The notes: generated from the sequence alone by a model not told the origin. Counted from the first letter of the stretch, positions 1-10,322 are shown. The stretch is DNA of 64,000 nt from Vulcanimicrobiota bacterium (GCA_963812155.1 CAWETW010000003.1:192001-256000); one strand, 5' to 3'. Numbers and translations are program-made.

Positions 1-708
1 AGCATCATGACGCCGCTGCTCATTCTCGTTCTCAAGGTCAATCCGCTCGTCGCTGTCGGCTCCGATTTGCTGTACAGCGTTCCAACTAAGCTTTACGGCG
101 CCTACCTGCACAACAAGCAGGGCACCGTCAACCCTGAGATCGTGAAGGCACTGCTTTTGGGCGGCCTGCCTGCGTCGCTGGTAGGCCTCGGGGTCCTCTT
201 CTGGCTTCGGCACCACGTCGACGTCAAAGCGCTCGAGCTCACGACGCGGCACGCAATCGGATACGTCTTGTTCGTCGCCGCCGTCGTGATTCTGGTGCAG
301 CCGTTCCTGTGGCGGCGCGCTCTCCCTACCGCGAACGCCGACTTCGAATGGCTCCCGGGACAGCGCGTTCGCGTCATCACGATCGGCGCAATCGTCGGCC
401 TCATCGTCACGGCGACTTCGATCGGAAGCGGATCCGTGACACTGCCGTTGCTGTCGCTCTCGCTCCCGTTAGTCGGAATATCGACGCTGGTTGGCTCGGA
501 CATCGCCTTTGCGGCGTTCTTGATTCCCGCCGCGGCGGCCGGGCGATGGAGCATGGGAGACGTGAACCTTCCGCTGGTTCTGAAGCTGCTCTGCGGATCG
601 CTTCCCGGAGTCTATATCGGCAGCAAGCTGTGCGGCCGGCTGAGTCAGTCGTGGCTGCGGCCGATGGTTGCCGTGACGCTCGTTTTCGTCGGCACGCGTT
701 TGATCTGA
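1..708 (+). CDS. Sulfite exporter TauE/SafE family membrane protein (5'-truncated by window edge)
   Basis: Multi-TM ORF with AVGSDL, SIGSGS, GSDIA and GSLPG motifs; paralog of the next gene; window opens within the SIMTP motif. Confidence 0.85.
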   Translation, partial: SIMTPLLILVLKVNPLVAVGSDLLYSVPTKLYGAYLHNKQGTVNPEIVKALLLGGLPASLVGLGVLFWLRHHVDVKALELTTRHAIGYVLFVAAVVILVQPFLWRRALPTANADFEWLPGQRVRVITIGAIVGLIVTATSIGSGSVTLPLLSLSLPLVGISTLVGSDIAFAAFLIPAAAAGRWSMGDVNLPLVLKLLCGSLPGVYIGSKLCGRLSQSWLRPMVAVTLVFVGTRLI

Positions 709-822
709 ACGGCTCCCAGGGCTGGTAGGCGGACGGTCTGCCGGGAGACCGTTCCAACCGGCGCGAACCGTCCCAGGGCCTGAGCAGCGGCCAAAGGTCG
801 TCGGGCGCGGCCTTGGAGTTAC

Positions 823-1614
823 GTGGAAGTGAAAGTCGACATCGAGCTCGTCCTCATCGGCTTAATCGTCGGGTTCCTCGTTGGTTTGACGGGTGTCGGC
901 GGCGGAAGCATTATGACGCCGTTGCTCGTATCGGTCCTCAGAGTCAATCCGCTGACGGCAGTCGGAACCGATTTACTTTACAGCGTGCCGACGCGCCTAT
1001 ATGCCGCTTTCCTGCATCGTCAGCAGGGAACGGTGAACTCCCACATCGTGAAGGCCCTGCTTTTGGGCGGCTTGCCGTCTTCATTTGCCGGACTCGCGTT
1101 GCTCTTCTGGCTACGCCATCACGTCGACATCGTGCTCATCGAGTTATGGACGCGGCGCGCGATCGGCGTCACGCTGCTGCTGGCAGCGGCGATGATTCTT
1201 GCTCAGCCGTGGTTGAAGCGTCTCGAACTGCGCACGTGGACACCGGAGTTTGAGTGGAGGCCCCGCCAAAAGGCGAGGGTGATGACCATCGGCGCCGTCG
1301 TCGGTTTTATCGTAACGCTCACGTCCATCGGGAGCGGCGCGGTGACGCTTCCGCTTTTAGCGCTGGCGATGCCCCTCGTTGGATTGCCGGAATTAATCGG
1401 ATCCGATATTGCGTTCGCCGCATTTCTGATTCCGGCCGCGGCATTCGGCCGGTGGACGATGGGTGACGTCAACGTCGGTTTAGCCATGAGCCTGCTGATC
1501 GGATCTCTTCCGGGCGTGTATCTCGGAAGCAAACTCTGCCGGCGCCTGCACGCGCGCTGGCTGCGCCCCGCGGTCGCGGTGACGCTGCTGTTCGTCGGCG
1601 TTCGTCTTATCTAG
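823..1614 (+). CDS. Sulfite exporter TauE/SafE family membrane protein
   Basis: GLTGVGGGSIMTP, AVGTDL, GSDIA motifs; GGAG SD before GTG. Confidence 0.9.
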   Translation: MEVKVDIELVLIGLIVGFLVGLTGVGGGSIMTPLLVSVLRVNPLTAVGTDLLYSVPTRLYAAFLHRQQGTVNSHIVKALLLGGLPSSFAGLALLFWLRHHVDIVLIELWTRRAIGVTLLLAAAMILAQPWLKRLELRTWTPEFEWRPRQKARVMTIGAVVGFIVTLTSIGSGAVTLPLLALAMPLVGLPELIGSDIAFAAFLIPAAAFGRWTMGDVNVGLAMSLLIGSLPGVYLGSKLCRRLHARWLRPAVAVTLLFVGVRLI

Positions 1615-1714
1615 CGAACCCCTTCTTCAGAGGTTCCGTCGCGACGTTCGAGTTTATAACGTGTGGGTAAGTACAGGTTTCTGTGGAGGCGTTGTGGAGC
1701 GTCCGTAAAGACGC

Positions 1715-1743
1715 TTGTACGCGGGTTTTTGCTTTGATACCAT
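1715..1743 (+). promoter_or_regulatory. Sigma70-type promoter
   Basis: TTGTAC-N17-TACCAT with extended -10 TG. Confidence 0.6.
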
Positions 1744-1747
1744 GGTC

Positions 1748-1951
1748 GCACTTCCCGTTTCATTGGAAGTGCGGATTGTAAAGAGCCGCGGTCCACGCAC
1801 GTTAGCGGTCGGCGTGTAAAAGCGTCGATTCGGGTGCCTGGAGCGAACCGGACTCAGAAGACGTCAGTGAGAGATCGGAAACGTTCTCGCGCAGGTGGGG
1901 AAGAGCCGGAGAGGGCAAAGCCCGTAGCGCTACGCTGCGGGCTTTGTCGTT
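1748..1951 (+). ncRNA. Candidate structured ncRNA or leader RNA (family not recognised)
   Basis: Promoter upstream, several hairpins, 5'/3' closing helix, terminator-like hairpin at 3' end. Confidence 0.45.
1914..1951 (+). terminator. Intrinsic terminator-like hairpin
   Basis: GGCAAAGCCCGTAGCG-cta-CGCTGCGGGCTTTGTC followed by GTT. Confidence 0.65.
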
Positions 1952-1972
1952 CCGTGCGAAGAAGAACGTGCG

Positions 1973-3957
1973 ATGAACGGCCGGCGAAGCGTTGAACGCT
2001 CGCGGATCGAGCTTACGCTGCGCGGCCTCATACTCGGCGCAGCGATTACGCTGGTCTTTACCGCCGCAAACGTCTATCTCGGGCTGAAGGTCGGCCTCAC
2101 GTTCGCTTCAACGATTCCCGCCGCCGTCATATCGATGGGCGTGCTGCGCGCGTTCAAGAACGCGACGATCTTCGAAAATAACATCGTGCAGACGGTCGCG
2201 TCGGCAGCGGGCACGATCTCGGCCGTGATTTTCGTGTTGCCGGGATTGGTGATGGTCGGCTGGTGGAGCGGTTTTCCGTTTTGGGAATCCTTCGCGCTGT
2301 GTGCGATCGGCGGCACGCTCGGCGTCATGTACAGCGTTCCGTTGCGGCGCGCGCTCGTGACGGAGTCGGATCTTCCCTATCCCGAAGGCGTCGCCGCCGC
2401 CGAGGTGCTCAAGGTCGGCGTGGGCGGCGGCGAGGCGAGCGACTGGAGCACAACCGCCTCGGGCTGGTCGCCCTGGTGACGGGCTCGCTCGCATCCGCAG
2501 GCTTCGCAGCCATCGTTGCCACGCGGCTATTTGCGGCCGAGATTGCCGGCTACTTTCGCTCGGGTGCGGTGGCGACGGGATTCGGCTTTTCGTTTTCGCT
2601 CGCGCTCGTCGGCGCCGGTCATCTCATTGGTCTCTCCGTCGGCCTCGCAATCCTCACCGGCTTGATCGTTGCCTGGGGCATCGCGACGCCGCTGCTCACC
2701 GCGCTCCATCCGGTGGCAGGCCCGGCAGCTGCCGTCGCCACGTTCGTGTGGGCGCACCAGGTGCGATTCGTCGGCGCCGGCGCGATCGGCGTTGCGGCGC
2801 TTTGGACGTTGGGCCGCTTGGCGAAACCCGTGTGGGGCGGCGTTGCGTCGGCGATTGCCGCGTCGCGCCGCCGCTCCGGCGGCGACGAACTGCCGCGGAC
2901 CGAACGGGATTTGCCGATCGCGCTCGTGGGCATCATCGCGCTCGCGTGCCTCATTCCGCTCGCAGCCTTACTAGCGTTCTTTCTGCACGGCACTGCGCTG
3001 CAGTCGCAAGCCGTGCCGCTCGCGCTCGCTGCGGTCGCATACGTCGTCATCGTCGGTTTTCTGGTTGCGGCCGCGTGCGGGTATATGGCCGGCCTCATCG
3101 GTTCGTCGAACAGTCCGGTCTCCGGGCTGGCGATTTTGGCGGTCATCGGCGCGTCGCTCCTGCTCGTGATTTTCGGCGACCGTTCCACGCCGGCCGCGGC
3201 CTCGGCGCTCGTCGCGTTCGCGCTTTTCGTGACGGCTGTGCTCGTGTGCGTTGCAACGATCGCCAACGACAATTTGCAAGATCTCAAGACCGGCCAACTC
3301 GTCGACGCGACGCCGTGGCGTCAACAGGTCGCGCTCGTTTTCGGCGTCGGCATGGGCGCGATTGTCATTCCGCCGATTCTCGGATTGCTCAACCACGCGT
3401 ATGGATTCGCCGGCGCGCCGCATACCGGAACGGTCGCGCAGCCGCTGCCGGCGCCGCAAGCGACGCTCATTTCGGCGCTGGCCAAAGGCGTCATTCAAGG
3501 ACAGATCGATTGGCGGCTCATCGGCGCGGGAGCGCTGGTGGGGCTGGCCGCAGTCGCGCTGGACGAGCTCCTGCGCGTCACGACGCGGTTTCGTTTGCCG
3601 CCGCTGGCCATCGGTTTGGGCATTTACTTGCCGGCCTCGACGACGGCGCCGGTCGTTTTGGGCGCCGTGCTGGGCTGGTATTACAATCGCTGGTCGGATC
3701 GCAGCCGCAACGCCGCCAAAGCAAAGCAACTCGGCGTGCTGACGGCGTCGGGATTGATCGTCGGGGAGAGTCTCTTCGGAGTGCTGTTGGCCGGCTTGAT
3801 CGTCGTAACTAACCGCGCCGAGCCCCTCGGGCTAGCCGGCGACGCGTTCGCCGTGCCCGCAACCGTCATCGGAACGATTGCGTTCGTGCTGGCCGTCTTC
3901 GGTCTCTACGCCTTCACCGCCCGGCTGGGGACGGCTAACTCAAAAGCTTCGGAGTGA
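1973..3957 (+). CDS. OPT family oligopeptide transporter (frameshift near 2440)
   Basis: ELTLRG...NVYLGLKVG, ENNIVQT, YPEG, GSSNSPVSG, LQDLKTG, APQATL motifs split over ORFs 1973-2479 and 2263-3957. Confidence 0.9.
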
Positions 3958-4288
3958 TGCGAAACGCGCCGGTCGAGCAAATGTCGACGATTTCGTCGTT
4001 GCTGAGTCGCCGGAAATGGACGTTGCAGTATTCGAAGGGGTCACCGGCTTTTGTCTCATCGTAACGGGCCTGCGCCGCAGGGTTGAGCTGCGGGCGTTGC
4101 TGCACGGTCTGATTCTTGAAATTTACGCGATAAACGAGCGTCTCGCCGAAAAGAAAAATTTCGCCGCGGCCGTTGGCGTAACCGCCGTACACGGGCTCGG
4201 AGGGTTGGGGAACGAGCCGGTCCTTCGATTTCCGGCTCACGATGTCGAGCGTGGCCACGGGAGCCGCGGAAACGGTAAGTTGCGTCAT
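3935..4288 (-). CDS. Hypothetical protein (~117 aa)
   Basis: Globular-looking composition; GGGG SD-like sequence before ATG; fills the gap between OPT and cyclophilin. Confidence 0.55.
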   Translation of the reverse strand: MTQLTVSAAPVATLDIVSRKSKDRLVPQPSEPVYGGYANGRGEIFLFGETLVYRVNFKNQTVQQRPQLNPAAQARYDETKAGDPFEYCNVHFRRLSNDEIVDICSTGAFRITPKLLS

Positions 4289-4375
4289 GATGCACCCCAT
4301 ATAACGAGGGAATCGTCTCGATGGTTGCACTGGCCTCGAAAGGCTCCGAGCCCCGGGCGAAGCGAAGGGCAGTGC

Positions 4376-5047
4376 ATGTACCGCGTGTTTTTAACGAGCG
4401 TCTCGATTCTTGCGGCGCTGGCAATCCGGCCGTTGCCCGCCGCCGCCGACGCTTCTTTAACCAAACCGGCCGCGCTTACCGCCCAGGCGCCCGCACGTTA
4501 TAACGCCGTTTTCGACACGACGGCCGGTCGTTTCGTGGTGGCGGTGACCCGTTCGTGGGCACCGCGCGGTGCCGACCGTTTCTACAATCTGGTCAAACAC
4601 GGCTTCTTCAACGGAGCGGCGTTCTTCCGCGTCGTGCCGGGATTCGTCGTGCAGTTCGGCCTCAATCCGAGTCCGGCGGTCGACAAGGCGTGGAACTCGG
4701 CGAGCATCCCCGACGACCCGGTAAAACAGAGCAATCGCGCCGGGTACGTCAGCTTCGCGTCGGCCGGGCCGAACACGCGTACGACGCAAGTCTTCATCAA
4801 TTTCGGCGACAACTCGCGGCTCGATCGCATGGGGTTTGCGCCCTTCGGTAAGGTCGCTTCGGGCATGAACGTGGTCTTGAAGATTTACTCGGGGTACGGA
4901 GAACAGCCGAGCCAAGACGAGATCGGCGCCGAAGGCAAAGCCTATCTCGACAAGAGCTTCCCGAAGCTCGATCGCATCACGTCGGCGAAGATTGAGGCGG
5001 CCGCGTCCACGCCCTCGCCCCACCCCAAGCCCGCCCACACCCCGTAA
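4376..5047 (+). CDS. Secreted cyclophilin-type peptidyl-prolyl isomerase
   Basis: Signal peptide; FFRVVPGFVVQFG and RTTQVFIN motifs. Confidence 0.9.
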   Translation: MYRVFLTSVSILAALAIRPLPAAADASLTKPAALTAQAPARYNAVFDTTAGRFVVAVTRSWAPRGADRFYNLVKHGFFNGAAFFRVVPGFVVQFGLNPSPAVDKAWNSASIPDDPVKQSNRAGYVSFASAGPNTRTTQVFINFGDNSRLDRMGFAPFGKVASGMNVVLKIYSGYGEQPSQDEIGAEGKAYLDKSFPKLDRITSAKIEAAASTPSPHPKPAHTP

Positions 5048-5073
5048 ATGACCCAAGGAAGCAGAGCTTCCCG

Positions 5074-6417
5074 CTATTCCGTGTCGACCGGTAAATAAGA
5101 CGGGCGGCGGTGCAGGAAATACGATTTCGATCGCGCCGCCTGAATCGGCGTGAACCGTCGCGGCGGCTGGCTGAAATCGAACACGTCGACGATGCTCGTC
5201 GCTCGCTGATCGGTCGAACCGATGCGCGGCAGCTGCCAGTTGTCTTCCACGAACTTTAGGATGCTGCCGAACTCGTACTGCGTGTGCGAGACGTAGCCTT
5301 TCTTGGCGTAGGGCGAGATGACGAGCATCGGCACGCGGAATCCGAGGCCTTGAAAATCGAGCTGCGGCGGCGACACGTGGTCGTAGAATCCGCCCCAGTC
5401 GTCCCACACGACGATGATGGCACTGCTCTTCCACATCGGAGATTGGCCGATCGCGTTGACGACTTGCGCTACCCACGATGGTCCCCCGGTGACGCCGTGG
5501 CCGGGGTGGTCGGAGTTCTGGAAATCCGGAATCACCCACGACACGGCCGGAAGTTTGCCTTTCGAGATGTCCTTGAAAACGTTGGTTTCCGGGGACGAGA
5601 TGTTCGTATTCCACTCCGGGCCGTAACGGACGGCGCGGATCGCGTCGAAGGCGGTCCAAATGTCGCCGATCGTGGTGAACGGCGGCGCGTAGTATTTCCA
5701 CGAGATGGCGCCGGCGTCGAGCGAATCGCGCAGGGTCGGATAATCCAAACACGGGAACGGCCCGGCGCCTTTGAGCAAACGCCGCTGGTGCGTAAGCAGC
5801 GACGTTTTCGTATCGTGCGGCGCGTCGCAGCCCCAGGGCGTCTTCGTGGGATAGTTCGCCAGACTGCGGTAGCGGTTGATCGCCGTGCCGCCCGCGATGA
5901 GATCCTGGTGTCCGACGAAGCTTCCGCTGCTCTGCGTTTCGAACATGTGATCCGCAAGCACGTATCGTTGCGCCATCGTCCAGTACGGCTTGATGTCGGA
6001 CGGCCTGACGTACTGGTACGGGTAGAGATTCGCCTTGGGTCCCCCGCCGAGCGCGCCCATGTGAATCAAATCGAATCCGTCCATCCCGCCGTGGCGGTAT
6101 TCCTTGACGAACGCCTGCCAACGGTGATCCATGTCTTGGGCGATGAGGCCGGCTTCTTGCAGATCGACGATTTGACCGGTATGCGTCTTTCCGGTCGTGG
6201 TTCCGTCGGCACCGGGGTAGGTCGCAAAAAAATTATCGAAGCTGCGGTTCTCTTGGATCATGATGACGACGTGCTGCAACGGGCTCGCCACGTGCGGCGT
6301 CGGCGACGGACGATCGGCCGACGCAGGAACCAGAGGGGCGCCGCCTCCCGAACTGCCGCCCGAACATCCGGCGATAAAGAGCGCGAGGAGCGCTGCGCGA
6401 AGGAAACGGCGATGCAT
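5074..6417 (-). CDS. Phosphoesterase / phospholipase C (AcpA/PlcH-like) lipoprotein, paralog 1
   Basis: Lipobox FIAGC; QENRSFD, SDHP, WDDWGGFYDHV, GFRVP motifs. Confidence 0.88.
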   Translation of the reverse strand: MHRRFLRAALLALFIAGCSGGSSGGGAPLVPASADRPSPTPHVASPLQHVVIMIQENRSFDNFFATYPGADGTTTGKTHTGQIVDLQEAGLIAQDMDHRWQAFVKEYRHGGMDGFDLIHMGALGGGPKANLYPYQYVRPSDIKPYWTMAQRYVLADHMFETQSSGSFVGHQDLIAGGTAINRYRSLANYPTKTPWGCDAPHDTKTSLLTHQRRLLKGAGPFPCLDYPTLRDSLDAGAISWKYYAPPFTTIGDIWTAFDAIRAVRYGPEWNTNISSPETNVFKDISKGKLPAVSWVIPDFQNSDHPGHGVTGGPSWVAQVVNAIGQSPMWKSSAIIVVWDDWGGFYDHVSPPQLDFQGLGFRVPMLVISPYAKKGYVSHTQYEFGSILKFVEDNWQLPRIGSTDQRATSIVDVFDFSQPPRRFTPIQAARSKSYFLHRRPSYLPVDTE

Positions 6418-6520
6418 GCGTGCGGAATACCGGCTACGCGCCGAGGCTTCCCTCCGCAAGTGAGGCAGCGCGCGGATTTCGCCGCGAATTTGTTCGGAAT
6501 AACGACTGGAGTTACTCATC

Positions 6521-7465
6521 ATGAATGCCTACGCCGAGTTTCGAAACCTGCATCGCAGCGACCACGTGTTGATGCTCCCAAACGCTTGGGATGCGGTTTC
6601 GGCGGCAATCTTCGCCGCTGCCGGCTCGAAAGCGATTGCGACGACCAGCGCCGGGCTCGCTTGGTCTCGCGGATATGCCGACGGTAATGCGTTGCCGCGC
6701 GCCAGCCTGCTATCTGCAGTGAGCGCCGTTTGCGCGGTGGCCGGTGAGAAGCCGGTGAGCGTGGATATCGAAGGCGGTTACTCCGATTCTCCCGACGACG
6801 TTGCGGATCTCGTCACGCACTTGTGCGGACTCGGCATCGCCGGCATCAATCTCGAAGACGGAAACGGCAGTCCCGAACTGCTGGCGGCAAAAATCGGCGC
6901 AATTAAACTCCGTTTGCGCCAAGCTGGTCTCGACGTTTTCGTCAACGCGCGGACCGACGTGTTCTTGCGCGAGCTCGTTTCCGGAGGCGAGGCGCTACGC
7001 GAAGCCATCTCGCGCGCAAAGCGTTACGAATCGGCCGGCGCCGACGGAATTTTCGTTCCCGATCTCAAGCAGCGCGATGCGATCCGCAGCATTGCCGAAG
7101 CGGTCGACCTCCCGCTCAACGTGCTGGCGGCGCCGAACCTGCCGCAGGCGCAGGAGCTGTACCATTTCGGCGTTCGCCGCATAAGCGCCGGCGCGTCGCT
7201 CGCCAAACTCGCGCTCGGTACCGCACGCGAAGCGGCCGAAACGTTTCTGCGCGACGGCCGCTGCGACGCGCTCTTCTCACCGGGCAGCGTCGACTACACC
7301 GAAACGAACGCGTTGCTGCGCGGCGGCCTTCCGGCGGAGTTCGCGCCCGCTTCAGCCCCGGCATTCGTTCCCGTTTCGCCGCGCACGCCGGCCCAGCCGC
7401 ACGAGCGTGCGCAGCACGACGACGTGTGGCGCGGTAACGTCTCACACGAAAACGCCTTCCGCTAG
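6521..7465 (+). CDS. Isocitrate lyase / PEP mutase family protein
   Basis: PNAWD, ATTSAG, DIEGGY, GINLEDG, FVNARTD, GADGIFVP motifs; low-complexity C-terminal extension. Confidence 0.9.
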   Translation: MNAYAEFRNLHRSDHVLMLPNAWDAVSAAIFAAAGSKAIATTSAGLAWSRGYADGNALPRASLLSAVSAVCAVAGEKPVSVDIEGGYSDSPDDVADLVTHLCGLGIAGINLEDGNGSPELLAAKIGAIKLRLRQAGLDVFVNARTDVFLRELVSGGEALREAISRAKRYESAGADGIFVPDLKQRDAIRSIAEAVDLPLNVLAAPNLPQAQELYHFGVRRISAGASLAKLALGTAREAAETFLRDGRCDALFSPGSVDYTETNALLRGGLPAEFAPASAPAFVPVSPRTPAQPHERAQHDDVWRGNVSHENAFR

Positions 7466-7654
7466 CGAAAGGGTTTACTTCACGACGAGTTTCATCGCGC
7501 GCATTGCTACTATAGCTCGGGGACCTACGAGCTGGACACGATCACCAATGGTCCTAAGCTCTTGCCAACTAACAAGTACAAATACGGTCAGGAGATCTGC
7601 ATTAATTCCACCTGCCAAGACTTCATCGGCGTCAACGTCCTACAGACCCATTAA
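7466..7654 (+). pseudogene. Startless 3' fragment of the Cys-rich lipoprotein family found at 58989-61773
   Basis: Manual translation ...AHCYYSSGTYELDTITNGPKLLPTNKYKYGQEICINSTCQDFIGVNVLQTH* aligns with the C-termini of the array members. Confidence 0.7.
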
Positions 7655-7687
7655 ACTGGCGCGCGCCCAGGCGTGCGTCTCGTTTGG

Positions 7688-7721
7688 AAAGGGGCTCGGG
7701 GAAACCCGAGCCCCTTTTTTT
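7688..7721 (+). terminator. Intrinsic terminator
   Basis: AAAGGGGCTCGGG-GAAA-CCCGAGCCCC-T7. Confidence 0.9.
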
Positions 7722-7989
7722 CGTAACAAATAGGTACCGATATTCCGGCCAAACGCACCAGTCGCCGCACAACAGTAACGGCTCTAACCCGGACGCGGAC
7801 CGACAGGTGCTCGATATGTTGCCGTGAGGCGACCGCGTGCGCAGATCGTAAGTACGCTGCCGTCCGTCAAGAAAAGCGTTACATGCTCGCGCATCCGGCC
7901 ACCGGTATCTCCGGAAATGACGCCACGGATAGTCTTTCCGACAATCTGCCGCGCCTCGCGGTATAACGCAGAAAACTGGTTCGGCGCCG

Positions 7990-8768
7990 GCTGCTTCCGA
8001 TCGCTATTGGCGACCGCGCGCCAAGCGCTTCAAGTGTCTGCTCGTTCCCACACCGGAGACGTTTCCGAGCCTTCTGCCGTCGAGAGAGCCGGCGACGTTC
8101 GCTCGCGAACTCGCGCTGCTCGCGCGACGAAAACGCGGCTTTCGCGAGGCGGTGCGCCGCTTTATCGGCGAGCCGGTCCTTACGCGTGCGGAGGTCACGG
8201 CCCGAGTGAGCGCGCGGTCGCTGGAACGCCTCCTCCGCGAAACGGCGGCGCGTGATTGCGACGACGCCTTGGCCGGCTTCTGCGATCTGCTCGACGCATT
8301 CTTCGAGCAATGCTTGGCATGGCATTGGGAGCACTTCGAGTCGGTGGCGCTACGCGATGCGCGAGCGCGCGAGCAACTGCTACAGCGCTTCGGCATCACG
8401 AAGGCGCGCCGCACGTAACGTTTCGCGTCTTGCGCACGGAGACCGTCGACGTGCGCATCGCCTATCCGAATGCGTCGCCGGCGCTCGCCGGCCATCGCAT
8501 CGATCGGCGCCAGGAAGCCGCCAAACGCCTCGCGGCGCTCTCCGATGCGACGCGCCTGCACATACTCGATCTGCTGGCCGTCCGCCGCCTCTCGACGCGG
8601 GAGTTCGCGGGAATGCTCGGCATTTCGGAATCCGGTGCCTCCCGCCACCTCTCGATTCTTCACTCGGCCGTACTCGTGTCGGCGGAGCGCGACAGCTATT
8701 TCGTGTTGTACGAACGAACGCCGCTCGCGACGAGTATGCTCGCGTTAGCGTTGTTGCAGTTCGAATAG
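7990..8768 (+). pseudogene. Degraded or frameshifted ArsR/SmtB regulator with long N-terminal domain
   Basis: C-terminal wHTH LAALSDATRLHILDLL...SESGASRHLSIL in ORF 8256-8768; N-terminal part in another frame ending at 8418; no clear start (start approximate). Confidence 0.6.
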
Positions 8769-10100
8769 CGTACCGCAAGAACAGGCCGACGTGCCGCCGG
8801 CAGCGGCCGTCCCGTAGAGTTTCGAACCGCTGCGGACAATTGGCCCGTCGGGGCCCTTGCCGTCGGTCCCGCTAAAAACGTGCACCAGCTCCTCGACCCA
8901 CTCACTTCCCGAAGGCGTCATGTGAAAAATCGTGCCGCAGCCATCGAAACACGCGGGCGAGCCGCCGTAGACCGTTGCACCGTAGAATCCGGAGGAAGCT
9001 GCGCCCGCGATCGCACCTGGAAGTTCGCCGTCCTGCCCACCGGCAAAAGCATACCGCGTCGTCACTTTCGATTTCTTACCTTGCCCGTACGCGAACGAGT
9101 AGAAGGTTCCGCATCCGTACACTTGCGGCTCGACCTCGCACGCCGGTCTGCCGCCGCCAAACTCCGTCGTGCCATAGAGATTGCCGTCACCGCCGTCGGT
9201 GAGCGGACCTGCCCAAGCGCCGTCCGTCGACGAGCGCTCCACGTAGAACGAGTGCTGCACTCGCTCCGAAGCGGTACTTCCGGAGACCGTCAGCTTGTAG
9301 ATCGTTCCGCATCCTAGGACGGCAGGGCACAACTTGGAAGCGCCGCCGAACTCCGTCGTACCGTAAAACGATCCGGCCTTGCGAACGACGCTCGAATCCG
9401 GCCCGGCGCCATCGGGACTTCCCTGAAATGAGTGCAGGATCGACTCGCGCCACGTTCCGCTGGTCCGCGTCGGTGGTTGCAATTCGAATACCGTACCGCA
9501 TCCCGAATCGCTAAACAAACACGCCGTTCCGGAGCCGCCCATTCGCGTCGTTCCGAAGATCGCTCCACTCGCGCCGACATAAAAGAGCCCGTTCGGTTCG
9601 AAACCGTCGCCGGGCGCGCCCCTGAAGCTGTACAGCGTCGTTACGACCCAGTTGCCGCTTGCGTTCTTACTCAGCGAATAGACTGCACCCATGTCATGAA
9701 CGCCGCCGCCGGCAACACCGTAGTAGACTCCGTCGTGAATTAGTAAGCCGCTGGGGTGATAACCGGAGGGCTGCGGTTGAAAGAAATAGATCGAATGCGT
9801 CGTCGAGCCGCCGAACTCGAAAATCGTTCCGCAACCGGTCGTTTTGCAGTCGCGAGGGTGGATGTGGCCGCCCGCGTACGTCGTTCCTAGAAGCGCACCG
9901 CCCGGACTCTCAACGATTGCATCCGGTCCGGCACCATCGGCCGGTCCCCCCTGAAAGTTATACAGCACCTGGAATCCCATATCGGCACGATGTGCCGGGA
10001 ATGCCGACGGCTGCAGCGGAGTGCCTCCCCCGGCGGCACCGCATGCGGACAGTGCGGCGATCAAGACGGAGGAGCCCAAAACTTGATGAAAACGCAGCAT
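8745..10100 (-). CDS. Secreted lipoprotein with tandem DG.xP...YGTT..GG...CGT[IV]F repeats (choice-of-anchor tandem repeat type beta-propeller)
   Basis: Lipobox LSAC; about 7 repeats; GGAGG SD. Confidence 0.8.
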   Translation of the reverse strand: MLRFHQVLGSSVLIAALSACGAAGGGTPLQPSAFPAHRADMGFQVLYNFQGGPADGAGPDAIVESPGGALLGTTYAGGHIHPRDCKTTGCGTIFEFGGSTTHSIYFFQPQPSGYHPSGLLIHDGVYYGVAGGGVHDMGAVYSLSKNASGNWVVTTLYSFRGAPGDGFEPNGLFYVGASGAIFGTTRMGGSGTACLFSDSGCGTVFELQPPTRTSGTWRESILHSFQGSPDGAGPDSSVVRKAGSFYGTTEFGGASKLCPAVLGCGTIYKLTVSGSTASERVQHSFYVERSSTDGAWAGPLTDGGDGNLYGTTEFGGGRPACEVEPQVYGCGTFYSFAYGQGKKSKVTTRYAFAGGQDGELPGAIAGAASSGFYGATVYGGSPACFDGCGTIFHMTPSGSEWVEELVHVFSGTDGKGPDGPIVRSGSKLYGTAAAGGTSACSCGTLFELQQR

Positions 10101-10295
10101 CGCACCACCTCCGATCGTTACTTCGACGTTTCTCGTCACGGTTTATATTCGTTTCGCTACGTTATCCTCGATAACAGACTTCGTACGCCGGATGACCGAA
10201 GAAGTTGTGGCGTCCAACACGAGACGAGCGCATAACGCGGACAAACGGCGGCGGCGATTTCCAGCGTCGAGCCGTAGGCGCAGCGCGGCGAGCAC

Positions 10296-10322
10296 TGACT
10301 AAAAGGTGACTTTAGTCACTTT
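10296..10322. promoter_or_regulatory. Palindromic operator candidate upstream of MgtC gene
   Basis: TGACTAAA-N7-TTTAGTCA perfect inverted repeat overlapping AAGGTGACT-tt-AGTCACTTT. Confidence 0.45.

Noticed and set aside
707..776. Hairpins between the two TauE genes
   Set aside because: Short GC-rich stems without a U-tract or recognisable motif
1742..1819. 25-codon leader ORF MVALPVSLEV...
   Set aside because: The ATG lies within the predicted -10 box and has no SD
7466..7654. Diversity-generating retroelement template for the lipoprotein array
   Set aside because: No reverse transcriptase in the window; similarity is at protein level only, not near-identity with adenine-specific differences
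7515..7721. Possible tmRNA or 6S-like RNA (starts GGGGAC, some end pairing, terminator)
   Set aside because: No tmRNA TTCGA or CCA features; the stretch is better explained as a coding remnant of the Cys-rich family
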